Shown here: positions 62,647 through 64,000 of the stretch, in pieces
Numbering within the stretch: position 1 is the stretch's first letter
Layout of the letters: every line of letters begins with the position of its first letter
NCBI RefSeq assembly: GCF_009914755.1
Contig: NC_060947.1
Source: the human T2T-CHM13v2.0 reference genome, Homo sapiens
Direction: 5' to 3' (one strand)
DNA: 64,000 nt
Made by a program: the position numbers and the translations under genes
The notes under the pieces: generated by a model
What the model saw: only the letters and a program-made list of their open reading frames with translations
What the model was told of the DNA's origin: nothing
The model's database searches: none

Positions 62647-64000
62647 TTTATTTTTTGAGGATTTTTGCACCTATGTTCATCAGGGATATTGGCTTGTAGT
62701 TTTCCCTTTTCATTGTGTCCTTACTCTGCTTTGGTGTCAGGGTGATGATGGCTTTATAGAATGAATTAGGAAGGATTCCTTCCTCTTTGATTTTTGGAAA
62801 CTATTTCAGTAAGATTGGTGCCATTCCTTCTTTGTGCATCTGGTAGAAATTAGCTGTGAATCCAGCCTTTTTTGAGGGAAAGATTTTTATGACTGATTCA
62901 TCTTCACTACTGGTTGTTGGTCTGTTCACATTTTCTACCTTGTAGTTCAATCTTTGGAGGTTGTATGTTTCTGGAAATATATCCATTTCCTCTAGGTTTT
63001 CTAGTTTGTATGCATAGAGATGTTTATAGTAGTCTCTGATGATCTTTTGTATTTAAGTGATATCAATTGTAATGTCACTTTTATCATTTCTGATTGTCCT
63101 TATTTGTATCTTCTCTCTTTTTTTCCTGGATAATCTAGCTAGCAGTCCATCAATTTTGCTTATTTTGTTAAAGAACCAACTTTTAATTTTATAGATTCTT
63201 TGTATAATTTTTTGGTTTCAATTTCATTTAGTTCTGCTATGATCTCTGTTATTTCTTTTCTTCTGCTAGCTTTGGATTTGGTTTGTTGTTTTTCTAGTTT
63301 CTTGAGGTGTGACATTAGGTTGTTAATTAGAGGCCTTTCTATCTTTTGAATGTAGGCATTTAATACTATAAACTCCCCCTTAGCGGTGTTTTTGCTGTAT
63401 CCCAGGATCTTTGGTTCATTGTGTCTGTATTTTCATTTGTTTCAAAATTTTCAAATTTCCACCATAATATCATCATCTACCCACAGATTATTCAGGAGCA
63501 GATTGTTTAATTTTCATTTACTTGAATAGTTTTGAGACTTCCTCTTGGTGTTGATTTCTAGTTATATTCCATTGCGGTCTGAGAAGATATTTAACAGGAT
63601 TTTGATTTTTCAAATTTATTGAGACTGGCTTTGTGGCCTAGCATATGGTCTATTTGGGAGAAAGTTCTAGATGTAGATGAGAAGAATGTATATACTGCTG
63701 TTGTTAGGTGGAATGTTCTATAAATGTCTGTTGGGTCTATTTTATCTTGAGTCCAATTTAATTCCAGAGTTTCTTTGTTGATTTTCTGCCTCGGTGATCT
63801 GTCTAGTGCTTTCAATGAGGTGTTGAATTGCTGTCTATTGCATTGCTGTCTATCTCTTTTCTTAGGTCTAGTAGTATTCATTTTTATAAATCTGAGTGTT
63901 CCAGTGTTGTGTGCATATCTATCTAGGATTGTCATATCTTCTTGTTGATTTGATTCCTTTATCATATATATACTGACCTTCTTTGTCTTTTTTTTTTTTA

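Overview
Primate (human/great-ape-like) genomic DNA, judged from L1PA3-, AluY- and LTR30-type repeats. It is dominated by nested LINE-1 copies, with Alu, ERVL/MaLR/ERV1 LTR pieces, Tigger/hAT DNA transposons, L2 and MIR. Almost every ORF in the supplied track is a broken L1, Alu or low-complexity fragment, and I recognise no intact protein-coding gene. Two non-repeat islands stand out. (1) A CpG island at ~15.6-16.3 kb has strong splice donors facing both directions (probable bidirectional promoter) and a candidate minus-strand second exon at 14364-14732. (2) A ~1.7 kb unique stretch at 24768-26451, translated by hand across frameshifts, reads as a heavily decayed intronless receptor gene with colinear LRRNT / several LRRs / LRRCT / Ig-like / TM / TIR motifs, i.e. 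a Toll-like-receptor-related pseudogene with an architecture unlike TLR1-13. The window also holds several atypical retrotransposition products: four twin-primed L1 inversions, a probable 3' transduction, an ORF1-only L1 with a TSD, and an AluY left monomer with a TSD. There is also a perfect higher-order minisatellite. Repeat subfamily names are from recalled consensus sequences, not from a search, and repeat boundaries without TSDs are approximate.
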